Assembly: GCA_964560165.1 (NCBI GenBank)
Contig: CAZLLB010000001.1
Span: 1 to 39,825, forward strand
From: an uncultured Parvibaculum sp.
GTDB lineage: Bacteria > Pseudomonadota > Alphaproteobacteria > Parvibaculales > Parvibaculaceae
DNA: 39,825 bases
Reading direction: 5' to 3'
Positions 1 through 9,386 of this stretch are shown in pieces. The first letter of the stretch is position 1. Each line of letters opens with the position of its first letter. Below the pieces are notes generated by a model that was not told the origin of the DNA, did not search any database, and saw only the letters and a program-made list of their open reading frames with translations. The position numbers were made by a program, and so were the translations under genes.

Positions 1-2
1 TC

Positions 3-884
3 CACATTGCGGCGGCGGCGCTGGGTCACGAGCGTGTTGTCATGCCCACCAAGGCGATGAACGAGGACGAGAAGGATTACGCCGTCGCTTTCTCGATTCC
101 GGTGAACGCCAAGGGCGTCAAGATCATCAATCGCTCTTTCGCCGCGCCTGACCTCAACGAATTCGACTATCCCGCCTCGTCTCATCACTCGATGCCCGAG
201 GGCTTCGTCGTTTTCGATGATGTGCTGGTGCCATGGGATCGCGTCTTCCTTGCGGGCGAGTGGCAGCTTTCGGGTGCCTTCGCCGGTTCGCTCGGCCTTT
301 GGGAGCGCACGGCGGGCCTTGTCGATGCGGTGGAAAGTGCCGCCACCATGGTCGGCCTCGCCCAGCTCGTCTCCGAGCAGCAGGGCAAGGGTAAAAAGCC
401 CGATGCGCAAAATGGTGTCGCGGAATTGATCTGCTATGCCGAAATGCTACGCATGGGGCTTGAGCATTCCGTCCGCAATTTCGAGCGCACGCCATCCGGC
501 ATGGTTCATCCGAACATTCTGGCGGTCAATGTCACCAAATATCAGTATGCGAATAATTTTCATTCGATGGTTAAAATTCTCCACGACCTGGCAGGCGGGT
601 TGACGCTCACCATGCCGGAGGAGGGCGACCTGCGCTCCAACGAGGTTGGCCCCTACTTGCGCAAATATCTCCATGCCACCAAAGACACTGATATCGAAAC
701 CCGGATGCGCGTCTATAACCTGATCCGAGACATTTCAGCCGACAGCTTCGGCGGCTGGAAACAGGTCGTGGCCCTCCAGGCTGGCGGCGGTCTTCCCGCC
801 CAGCGCGTCATGATGCATCGCAGCTACGATATGAACGCTGCCCGCGCCAAGGCCCTGAGGCTCGCAGGCGTGAAGGCGGGCTGA
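3..884 (+). CDS. 4-hydroxyphenylacetate 3-hydroxylase / 4-hydroxybutyryl-CoA dehydratase (HpaB/AbfD) family flavoprotein, 5'-truncated by the window
   Basis: Frame is open from the window start (HIAAAALGHERVVMPTKAM). Family-like segments: YAVAFSIPVNAKGVKII, EGFVVFDDVLVPWDRVF, HDLAGG, ETRMRVYNLIRD. Confidence 0.8.
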   Translation, partial: HIAAAALGHERVVMPTKAMNEDEKDYAVAFSIPVNAKGVKIINRSFAAPDLNEFDYPASSHHSMPEGFVVFDDVLVPWDRVFLAGEWQLSGAFAGSLGLWERTAGLVDAVESAATMVGLAQLVSEQQGKGKKPDAQNGVAELICYAEMLRMGLEHSVRNFERTPSGMVHPNILAVNVTKYQYANNFHSMVKILHDLAGGLTLTMPEEGDLRSNEVGPYLRKYLHATKDTDIETRMRVYNLIRDISADSFGGWKQVVALQAGGGLPAQRVMMHRSYDMNAARAKALRLAGVKAG

Positions 885-897
885 ACTCCTCCGAAAA

Positions 898-928
898 CCC
901 TCTCCCCCGGGAGAGGGTCGGGTGAGGG
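898..928. repeat. REP-like palindromic element / possible terminator
   Basis: CCCTCTCCC-CC-GGGAGAGGG-TCGGGTGAGGG: a perfect 9-bp inverted repeat 13 nt after a stop codon, resembling common alphaproteobacterial intergenic repeats. Confidence 0.65.
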
Positions 929-1102
929 CCTTCCTTGTCTCCCTGTCACACACGGGATTTATTTTTTCATCCGTCTACCCCGCCTTATTCCCGCCTTTGA
1001 TGGTCGGATTAATCTGGGGAGAAGATGGCGCATGCGCTGTCATGGTTCCGTGTGCATGTTATGCTCCCCTCGTTATTTCCGGATTCTGTCGAAGGTATCC
1101 CC

Positions 1103-4100
1103 ATGATCGCGCTCCCTCGTCTGTCCGCCATTGTCGTCATCCTGCTGGCAATGGCAGGCAACTTTCAGGCGTCTGGTCCGGCAATGGCGGCAACTTCCGA
1201 CAACTTGTCTATTGCCCGCATAACGCCCTCCGGAGAGGACGTTCCGGCTGAGCGCCAGATCGTCATTGAGTTCGACAGGGCCGTTGTCCCCCTTGGCCGT
1301 ATGGAGCGCACGGCGGCGGAGATCCCTGTATCTATCGCGCCCGCGCTCGCCTGCGAATGGCGCTGGCTGACAGCCAGTGCGCTTGCCTGCCAGCTCAAGG
1401 ACGCTGACGCGCTGCGAGCCTCAACCCGTTATACCGTCACGATAAATCCGGGCATCAAGGCCGAGGATGGCACCACGCTCGCCGCCCCCGTGACCCATCA
1501 ATTCATCACCACCCGCGCCGCTCTCGACCGCGCTGAATTCACCGGCTGGACCGGCCCCGGCACCCCCTCGCTCCTCGTCACCTTCAACCAGCCAGTCCGC
1601 CGCGACAGCGTCGTCAACTCTCTGCATTTCCATTGGACCGAGAACGGCGAAGGCCAAGCCTCCTTGCAGGCAACCGAAGGCGAAGAGTGGACGCAAGCCC
1701 CTGACGACGCTCTCGTCGATGTTCCCCGCGAGCCTGGAATCAAGGGATTCTTCAAGCGCATCCTCGCCTATTTCCCGTGGTTTCGTCCCGATTCTATGCC
1801 CGCCCCGCAAGAATGGACCCGCCGCGCCTGGGTCGTCACACCCGTAAAACCGCTCCCCCTCGACACCGAAGTCGAACTCGTCATGAAGCCCGGCCTCATC
1901 TCCGGTTTGGGCGTAGAGCGGAGCATCGTCGATCAGCAAATACAGAAATTCGCCACCTTCGGCGCCTTCAAATTTCTCGGCGCGAGCTGCACCGCCAATG
2001 ATGGAAGCGCAATCATCATTCGCCCCGGCGACAAGGATGCAGCGCCTTGTGGCCCGTGGAACCTAGTACGTTTGATTTTCTCTTCGCCCGTGAAGGCGAA
2101 AGAAATTCGCGACCACGTCGCGCTCTCGCCTGAACTCGGAAAACCGACGCCCGATAGCGATCCTTGGGCAAATGTCGATCCCGACCAGGCGGAAGGTTTC
2201 TATTCGTGGAGGGTGCATCAGAAGGACGACGAATATACGCCGCGCTTTCCGATCTATCTTCGCTCGGACCGCGACTATGAAGCGAGCCTGAAACCCGACA
2301 GCAAAACGAAAATCGTTGACGTGTTCGGTCGCCCACTCGAAGGCGATCTGTCGATCCGCTGGCGCATGGACAATCGCCCGCCAAATTACGAGCTTCCCAA
2401 TAGCGTTGCCGTCCTGGAAAAGCAGATCGACAGCGACGTGCCGCTCTGGGTCAACAATTTGACTGACCGCGATTTCAATTTCTCGCGCATGACGGTGAAG
2501 GGGATTGAGGATGGACTGCATGTCCATCAGAAACTCGATCCGATCCGCAATCTGCAATACGCGATCCCCTTCGGCGTTCGTGACATGCTGGATGGAAAGT
2601 CGGGCGCCATTCTTGGCGCCATGACTGTGACACCGCAACTTCCGAACTCGAGATCGAGCACGGTCTTCGCGCAGGTCACCCCTTTCGGGCTGCACGTGAA
2701 GCTTGCGCATTACAATACGCTGGTCTGGGTTTCTGATCTTGCGACCGCCGCGCCCGTCGCGGGCGTCAAAGTCTCGCTCTATCGCGATCCGGCACTGCTC
2801 ACCGCGCTCTGTGGGAACGACATTTCTCCTGAATGGACGCGGCCTGACCGTGTGGAAGCAACAGCCGTCACCGATGCCGATGGCCTTGCGACATTGCCAG
2901 GCAGTATGCCGACCCCCGGCGTGTGGGAATCGACTTGCACCAAGGCGCTGACGATCCGAGCTGAAAAGGGCGACGATCTGGCACTCATGCCGCTCTATTA
3001 TCAGTTCGAGGCTGATACTTACCGCGCTTCCGGGGAGCAGATATGGGCGCAAGACCAGACCGAGCAGGAACATATGCGCGTCTGGGGCACGACGGCTCAA
3101 GGCGTCTATCGCGCGGGCGACAAGGTTCAATATAAAGTATATGTCCGTGGACAGAACAATGAGGGCCTCACGGCCGCACCTTCGTCGGTCTATCGTCTTC
3201 AGCTTGTAGATCCGGCGGGTAAGCTCGTTGCCGACATCAAGGATGTTTTGCTGAACGAATTCGGCGCGACTGCGGGCGAAATCACCGTGCCGAAAACCGG
3301 CGCGGTGGGTTGGTACAAATTCCGCTTGTTGCAAAAGCTGCGTATGGCTGCCAAGGAGCCACAGGGCGATGACGCGAGCGCCGATGCAGAAGGCGCAATA
3401 GCCGATGGCGACTGGTTCGCCTGGAAGCCAATGCAGGTGCTGATCAGCGATTTCACGCCCGCGTCTTTCCGCGTCACCGCGACCGTCAACGGCAAGGTAT
3501 TCGGCGCATCTCAGCCCGCTGAAGTTGAAGGCAGGGCCGAGCTTCATTCCGGCGGCCCCTACACCAACGCCACTGCACGCATCACCGCGATGTTCAATCC
3601 CAAGCCGATGAGTTCTGATCATCCGACAGCGATGGGCTTCGATTTCTCGCGGGCCGATCTCGAAACGAATACCTATCAACGCATGATCGCGCAGATGGAA
3701 ATTCCGCTCGACACGCAAGGTATCGCTAAAACATCAATCGCCATTCCCGATCAGGACGTGGATTCCTATGGCGACCTCACCTTCGAAGTCGCCGTTGCCG
3801 ATGATCGCGGCAAGAACGTGGCGAATTCGACCAACGCCATCTACGCCGCGACGGATCGCTTTGTCGGTCTGAAGCCGACCGCATGGATTTTCCAGGCGAC
3901 GAAACCGGCAAGCTATCAATACATCGTCGTCGATCCGGCGGGCGATCCGGTAAAGGACACCGCCGCCGATCTGAAGATCGAACGCAAACTCGTCACCGCC
4001 GCCCGCGTTAAATCGGCGGGCAACACCTATCAGACTGTTTACAACACGACATGGGAAACGGCGGGGGCCTGCAAAGGAACACCCGAGGCGCAACCCGCAA

Positions 4101-7100
4101 CTTGTAGTTTCACGCCCAAGGAGGCTGGCGAATACCGCATCACCGCCACCGTCAAAGGCAGCAAGGGCAAGGAGCATATTGCTTCAAGCGATTTCTGGGT
4201 GACCGGCAGCGACGTCGTTCTCTGGGACAGCGAACCCGACACGGCCCTGCAAATGTTTCCAGAAAAGAAGAGCTACAAGGTCGGTGACACCGCGCGCTAT
4301 CTGATCAAGAACCCGTATCCGAACGCAAAGGCGCTCATCACCATCGAGCGTTACGGCGTGCTCGATCATTTCGTCAGAACCTTCGACACTTCCACACCCA
4401 TTCTGGAAATTCCGGTGAAGCCCGAATATGCGCCGGGCTTCTACGTCTCGGTCGTTCTGCTCAGCCCGCGCGTTGACAAGCCACTCGATGCCAACATGGT
4501 CGATCTCGGCAAGCCAGCGTTCCGCATGGGCTATGTCGCCGTGCCCGTTACCGACCCCTATAATCAGATCGCGGTCACCGCGAAAACTGAACACGCCGAA
4601 TATCGCCCAGGTGAAACCGTGAAGGTGAACCTTCACGCCACCCCGCGTCATGCCAAGGAAGCCGCGCCCGTTGAACTGGCCGTCGCCGTACTCGATCAAG
4701 CGGTTTTCGATCTCGTCACCGGCGGCAAAGCCTATTTCGATCCCTATGCCGGTTTCTATCGCCTCGATAGTCTCGACGTCCGCAATTACAATCTTCTGCT
4801 GAAACTCGTCGGTCGACAGAAGTTTGAAAAGAAGGGTGCCAATCCCGGCGGTGATGGCGGTGCCGATTTCAAATTCCGCGAAGATTCGAAATACGTCGCC
4901 TATTGGAACCCTTCGCTCCGCGCTGATGAAAGCGGCAACGCGTCGTTTGAATTTGCTGCGCCTGACAATCTCACAGGCTGGCACATCCTTGCGATCGCCG
5001 TCACCGCAACCGACAAGGCGGGCCTCGGCGAAGGCGACTTCAAGGTCAATCGTCAAACCGAGATACGGCCCGTCATGCCCAATCAGGTCATGGAAGGCGA
5101 CAAGTTCACAGCGGGTTTCAGCGTGATGAACCGCACCGACAAGAAGCGGCGCATCACCGTCGAGATTGCCGCTGACGGCAATGTCGCTGATGCGGCATCG
5201 GGCAAGCTGAAAAAAGAAATCGACCTGGAACCCTTCGCCCGCACCACCGTCTTCATGCCGCTGACGGCGGCAAGTATCGCCAAGACGCGAGACCAGACGG
5301 TGGGCCAGATCGCCTTCAAGGTCGTCGCTGGTGACGCCATCGACAAGGATGCCTATGCCTACAAGCTCCCTGTCGGCAAGCGTGTCGATCTTGTTACCGC
5401 AGCCGCCTACGGAACGACCGACGCGGCGGATGTCGAGACGCCGATCGCCTTTCCAAAAGCGATCCGCACCGATGCGGGCAGCCTCGCAGTTACTTTGAGC
5501 CCGACCGTCATCACCGATGTTGCTGGCGCGTTCCGTTATATGGCGCAATATCCCTTTCTCTGCTGGGAACAGCGCGTCACGAAGGGCGTCATGGCTGCGA
5601 ACTTTGCCGCCTTGCGTAGGTATCTGCCGGAGAGCCTCACCTGGGAGGCGGCGCCCGCTACCATTAAGGATACGATGGACAGCGCTGCCGAATTTCAGGC
5701 GCCCAATGGCGGCATGGCTTATTGGGTGGCTGCAAATGAGCGCGTCGATCCTTTCCTCTCGGCCTACACGGCGCTTGCCTTCACATGGCTCCATGATCGT
5801 GGCACAGAAGCGCCCGCGCCGGTCAACGCAAAGCTCCAGTCCTACTTGCAGGAATTCCTGCGCAAGGATGAAGCGCCGAGCTACTACACCGCCGACATGA
5901 CGGCGTCCGTTCGCGCCGTAGCGCTGGCCTCTCTCTCTCGGCAAGGAAAGGTGACGTTGCGTGACATCGAGCGCCTGCGTCCGCGCTTCAAGACCATGGG
6001 CCTCTTCGGCAATGCGATGCTCCTGCAGGCGGCGACAACGCTGCATGACGAAAGCGGCGACAAACTCGCGCGCGAATTCGTTGACATGATCCTTGCCCAT
6101 TCAAACCAGAGTTCAGGCAAGTTCCTGTTCAGTGAGGAACAGGGCGAAGGCTATGGGCGTATTCTCTCCACGCCGCTTCGCGACAGCTGCGCTATGCTTT
6201 CGAGCTTCGTCGCCTATGGTCGGGCACAAAAAAAAAAAAAGTATGTCGAGAACATGGCGTTCAAACTCGTCCGCGCCATTTCGCAAAACCAGCGTCAGGA
6301 AGGCTATTGGGGCAACACGCAGGAAAATATGTTCTGTGCCAATGCGCTTGCCGACTATGCCGCTGCTTATGAATCTGTGACGCCTGATCTTCAGGTCACC
6401 GCATCACTCGACGATGCACCGTTGGGCACGGCCGAACTCAAGGGCGTAAGCGCGACGCCGGTAGTGATCGAGCATCTGATCGACGCCAATGACCCCGGCC
6501 GCAATGCCAAGCTGATGCTCAAGCGGGAAGGCGAGGGGCGGCTCTATTATCAAACACGCCTCACCTATGCCTCGACGGAGCCGAACGCAAAGCCCGTCAA
6601 TAGCGGCATAGAAATTCGTCGCGAATATAGTGTCGAGCGCGAGGGTAAATGGGTGCTGCTGGGCGAGCCCGCAACAATCCAGCGCGGCGAGCTTGTTCGC
6701 GTCGATCTCTATCTTTCGCTGCCGACCGCGCGCAACTTCGTCGTCGTCGTCGATCCTGTGCCGGGTGGCCTGGAGCCGGTCAACCGCGATCTCGCTACGG
6801 CCTCGGTTGTGGATGCAGGCAAGGCCGATTTCGTCATGCCGGAGGGAAGCTGGGGGAAGAAGTTCACTGATTGGGTCGAATATGCCAGCGGCTATTGGAG
6901 CTTCTACCATCAGGAATTGCGCAACGATGGTGTGCACTTCTATTCCGACTATCTCGATGCCGGAAATTACCACCTGACCTATGTGGCGCAGGCGATTGCG
7001 ACGGGCGATTTTGCTCGCCGCGCGGTCAAGGCGGAAGAGATGTATGACCCTGATGTGTTCGGATTAGGCAGCCCCGGCATGCTTGTGGTGCAGGAAAAAC

Positions 7101-7105
7101 AGTGA
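1103..7105 (+). CDS. Bacterial alpha-2-macroglobulin family protein (YfhM-like) with N-terminal Ig-like region
   Basis: About 2000 aa. Signal peptide (MIALPRLSAIVVILLAMA...AMA), MG-domain motifs (GVYRAGDKV, YKVGDT, YRPGETV), PGGDGG bait-like segment, APDNLTGW, thioester motif YPFLCWEQ (CWEQ at 5561-5572), WGNTQEN, AEEMYDP. Directly upstream of pbpC. Start placed at ATG 1103 after GAAGG. Confidence 0.93.
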   Translation: MIALPRLSAIVVILLAMAGNFQASGPAMAATSDNLSIARITPSGEDVPAERQIVIEFDRAVVPLGRMERTAAEIPVSIAPALACEWRWLTASALACQLKDADALRASTRYTVTINPGIKAEDGTTLAAPVTHQFITTRAALDRAEFTGWTGPGTPSLLVTFNQPVRRDSVVNSLHFHWTENGEGQASLQATEGEEWTQAPDDALVDVPREPGIKGFFKRILAYFPWFRPDSMPAPQEWTRRAWVVTPVKPLPLDTEVELVMKPGLISGLGVERSIVDQQIQKFATFGAFKFLGASCTANDGSAIIIRPGDKDAAPCGPWNLVRLIFSSPVKAKEIRDHVALSPELGKPTPDSDPWANVDPDQAEGFYSWRVHQKDDEYTPRFPIYLRSDRDYEASLKPDSKTKIVDVFGRPLEGDLSIRWRMDNRPPNYELPNSVAVLEKQIDSDVPLWVNNLTDRDFNFSRMTVKGIEDGLHVHQKLDPIRNLQYAIPFGVRDMLDGKSGAILGAMTVTPQLPNSRSSTVFAQVTPFGLHVKLAHYNTLVWVSDLATAAPVAGVKVSLYRDPALLTALCGNDISPEWTRPDRVEATAVTDADGLATLPGSMPTPGVWESTCTKALTIRAEKGDDLALMPLYYQFEADTYRASGEQIWAQDQTEQEHMRVWGTTAQGVYRAGDKVQYKVYVRGQNNEGLTAAPSSVYRLQLVDPAGKLVADIKDVLLNEFGATAGEITVPKTGAVGWYKFRLLQKLRMAAKEPQGDDASADAEGAIADGDWFAWKPMQVLISDFTPASFRVTATVNGKVFGASQPAEVEGRAELHSGGPYTNATARITAMFNPKPMSSDHPTAMGFDFSRADLETNTYQRMIAQMEIPLDTQGIAKTSIAIPDQDVDSYGDLTFEVAVADDRGKNVANSTNAIYAATDRFVGLKPTAWIFQATKPASYQYIVVDPAGDPVKDTAADLKIERKLVTAARVKSAGNTYQTVYNTTWETAGACKGTPEAQPATCSFTPKEAGEYRITATVKGSKGKEHIASSDFWVTGSDVVLWDSEPDTALQMFPEKKSYKVGDTARYLIKNPYPNAKALITIERYGVLDHFVRTFDTSTPILEIPVKPEYAPGFYVSVVLLSPRVDKPLDANMVDLGKPAFRMGYVAVPVTDPYNQIAVTAKTEHAEYRPGETVKVNLHATPRHAKEAAPVELAVAVLDQAVFDLVTGGKAYFDPYAGFYRLDSLDVRNYNLLLKLVGRQKFEKKGANPGGDGGADFKFREDSKYVAYWNPSLRADESGNASFEFAAPDNLTGWHILAIAVTATDKAGLGEGDFKVNRQTEIRPVMPNQVMEGDKFTAGFSVMNRTDKKRRITVEIAADGNVADAASGKLKKEIDLEPFARTTVFMPLTAASIAKTRDQTVGQIAFKVVAGDAIDKDAYAYKLPVGKRVDLVTAAAYGTTDAADVETPIAFPKAIRTDAGSLAVTLSPTVITDVAGAFRYMAQYPFLCWEQRVTKGVMAANFAALRRYLPESLTWEAAPATIKDTMDSAAEFQAPNGGMAYWVAANERVDPFLSAYTALAFTWLHDRGTEAPAPVNAKLQSYLQEFLRKDEAPSYYTADMTASVRAVALASLSRQGKVTLRDIERLRPRFKTMGLFGNAMLLQAATTLHDESGDKLAREFVDMILAHSNQSSGKFLFSEEQGEGYGRILSTPLRDSCAMLSSFVAYGRAQKKKKYVENMAFKLVRAISQNQRQEGYWGNTQENMFCANALADYAAAYESVTPDLQVTASLDDAPLGTAELKGVSATPVVIEHLIDANDPGRNAKLMLKREGEGRLYYQTRLTYASTEPNAKPVNSGIEIRREYSVEREGKWVLLGEPATIQRGELVRVDLYLSLPTARNFVVVVDPVPGGLEPVNRDLATASVVDAGKADFVMPEGSWGKKFTDWVEYASGYWSFYHQELRNDGVHFYSDYLDAGNYHLTYVAQAIATGDFARRAVKAEEMYDPDVFGLGSPGMLVVQEKQ
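6228..6240 (+). repeat. A13 homopolymer within the alpha-2-macroglobulin CDS
   Basis: cgg gca caa aaa aaa aaa aag tat: 13 consecutive A, currently in frame (QKKKK). Confidence 0.9.
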
Positions 7106-7106
7106 G

Positions 7107-9323
7107 ATGAACTGGCTGCGTTGGAGCATAGACCGCTTCGACTGGACCCCGCGTCACCCCCGCCTCTGGTCGTGGACGCGCTGGGTTGCACTCGGCTGCA
7201 CTTGCGCCGTTGTGGCATTCTCGGTTGCGACATGGTCGAGCCTTGCCGATGACGCATCGCTGAACCTGAAGCCGGGCGCATCCACGCGTATCCTGCTCGA
7301 TCGTCAGGGCCATCCGCTGGCCGAGGACTTTAGCGGCTGGAATGTGCAATCCCAGATACCGCTCTACAATGTGCCCGTGCGCTTGCAGCAGGCCGTGCTC
7401 ACCGCAGAGGACCGGCGCTTCTTCAAGCATCGCGGCGTTGATTGGCTGGCCCGCACTCATGCCATCTGGCAAGGCCTTCGCGCCGGACGCAGTGTGCGCG
7501 GTGCCAGCACCATCACTGAACAGGTCGTGCGTATGCTGGTCCCACGTCCACGCACACTCTGGTCAAAGTGGATCGAGGGCTTCGATGCGCGCCGCCTCGA
7601 AGCCCGAACCACCAAATCCGATATTCTCGAATTTTATCTCAATCAGGTGCCCTATGCGGCCAACCGGCGCGGTGTCGTCGAAGCCGCGCGCTATTATTTC
7701 AATCGCGACCTCGACACGCTGGATGGCCGTGAAATGCTCACGCTCGCCGTCCTCCCGCGCGCACCATCCGGCCTTGATCCCTATCGTGGTGGCGCAAAGA
7801 TCCTCGATCGCCGCAGCATCCATCTTGCCACAGAGATGCGCCATGCCGGATTTTTGTCTGGCGACGATTGGCAGCGCATTATCGAAACGCCGCTCGTGCT
7901 TACTCGTCCGCAACGCCATGCATCCATCGGTCATTTCCGCTCCTACGTCGAGCGCCAACTTGCTGCCGCGCCGCGCCGTTCAGTGCCGCAACGAGTGATG
8001 ACGACGCTTGACAGCGGATTGATGGAATTCGCGCAAGGCTTGCTCGATCAGCGTCTTGAGGCGCTCGCCAATCGTCGCGTGCACAATGGTGCGGCGCTCA
8101 TCATTGACCGCCGCACCGGCGAAATTCTGTCATGGGTGGTCGCTGGAGCGGATGCCGCCGACACGACGCCGGGCCGCTATCTGGACGCGGTGCTGGTGCC
8201 GCGCCAACCCGGTTCGGCGCTGAAGCCCTTTCTCTATGCCGCCGCCTTTGACGATGGCTGGTCGCCCGGCGTCCGCATCGAGGATGCGCCGCTTTCAGAG
8301 GCAGTCGGCACCGGCCTTCATCGCTTCAACAATTACAGCCGTCAATTTTATGGCGACGTCACCATCCGTCAGGCGCTCGGTAATTCATTGAACATACCGG
8401 CGGTTCATGCTGTCAATTTCGTCGGCCCGGATCGCTATTTGTCGCTGCTACACGACCTCGGTTTCAAGAGCCTGACAAAAGGCGCTGGCTTCTATGGCGA
8501 TGGCCTCGCGCTCGGCAATGGCGAGGTCTCGCTGCTCGAACTGGTGCGCGGCTTTGCGGCATTGGCCAATGAAGGCCGCACAATGCCGCTCCGTGCCGTC
8601 GTCGATCCTCATGCGCGCAAGGCCAAAGGCACGCGGGTTTTCAGCGCTGATGCCGCGACCATGATCGGCAATATCTTGTCAGACCCCTGGGCTCGCGTTA
8701 TGGAGTTCGGTCGTTACTCAACCTTGAACCTGCCGATCCAGACGGCGGTAAAAACCGGCACCTCCACCGACTACCGCGACGCATGGGCGGTCGGCTATGA
8801 CAGCCGTTATGTCGTCGGCATCTGGATGGGCAATCTCGACCAGAGCCCTACCGATGGCATAACCGGCTCAACCGGCCCCGGCCTCGTGTTGCGCGGCCTT
8901 TTCGCCTATCTCAATCGCGACCAGAACACTGGCAGGCTCCCCCTGAGCGCCGACCTCTCGCTGAAAGACAATTGCGCCTTTACCGATGGCGCCTGCGCGC
9001 AAGTCTTTGATTATCGCACCGCAGTTTCCTATGAGCGCCCTGTGGTCGATGCGCCGGGGCCGTTCATCCAGAGCCCGACGCCCGATCTCCGCCTCGCTTA
9101 CGATCCACGCCTTCCCGCCGATCGCCAGAAATTCCGCTTCGCTCTCGTCGGCGTGGAGCCGCAAGATCGAGTGACATGGCTGATCAACGACGAGCAGATC
9201 GCAGAAACAGATGGCGGTGAGCTGATGTGGTCCGTTCGCCGCGGCGTCTATGCGCTGACCGCTTTGGTAACGACCCCGGGCGGTGAAAAAACACTAGGCC
9301 CCGTCGCGTTCTCAGTCCGTTAG
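7107..9323 (+). CDS. pbpC: Penicillin-binding protein 1C (transglycosylase/transpeptidase)
   Basis: N-terminal TM helix, GT51 motifs EDRRFFKHRGVD and GASTITEQ, transpeptidase motifs SALK, SLN and KTG, C-terminal beta-rich domain. ATG is 1 nt after the macroglobulin stop, the canonical yfhM-pbpC pairing. Confidence 0.92.
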   Translation: MNWLRWSIDRFDWTPRHPRLWSWTRWVALGCTCAVVAFSVATWSSLADDASLNLKPGASTRILLDRQGHPLAEDFSGWNVQSQIPLYNVPVRLQQAVLTAEDRRFFKHRGVDWLARTHAIWQGLRAGRSVRGASTITEQVVRMLVPRPRTLWSKWIEGFDARRLEARTTKSDILEFYLNQVPYAANRRGVVEAARYYFNRDLDTLDGREMLTLAVLPRAPSGLDPYRGGAKILDRRSIHLATEMRHAGFLSGDDWQRIIETPLVLTRPQRHASIGHFRSYVERQLAAAPRRSVPQRVMTTLDSGLMEFAQGLLDQRLEALANRRVHNGAALIIDRRTGEILSWVVAGADAADTTPGRYLDAVLVPRQPGSALKPFLYAAAFDDGWSPGVRIEDAPLSEAVGTGLHRFNNYSRQFYGDVTIRQALGNSLNIPAVHAVNFVGPDRYLSLLHDLGFKSLTKGAGFYGDGLALGNGEVSLLELVRGFAALANEGRTMPLRAVVDPHARKAKGTRVFSADAATMIGNILSDPWARVMEFGRYSTLNLPIQTAVKTGTSTDYRDAWAVGYDSRYVVGIWMGNLDQSPTDGITGSTGPGLVLRGLFAYLNRDQNTGRLPLSADLSLKDNCAFTDGACAQVFDYRTAVSYERPVVDAPGPFIQSPTPDLRLAYDPRLPADRQKFRFALVGVEPQDRVTWLINDEQIAETDGGELMWSVRRGVYALTALVTTPGGEKTLGPVAFSVR

Positions 9324-9386
9324 CGGCGTTGCAATCAACGCCTGCCTGCCGCACCATTCTTTCAAAAAGAAAGGCGGGAGGGATAC

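Noticed and set aside
4184-6100. 638-aa antisense ORF (also 2063-3718)
   Set aside because: Lies opposite the macroglobulin CDS with no recognisable motifs; typical shadow ORF of GC-rich coding DNA.
1103-9323. Macroglobulin-pbpC pair as a novel system in itself
   Set aside because: The yfhM-pbpC pairing is well known; only the A13 tract, anchoring and context are unusual.
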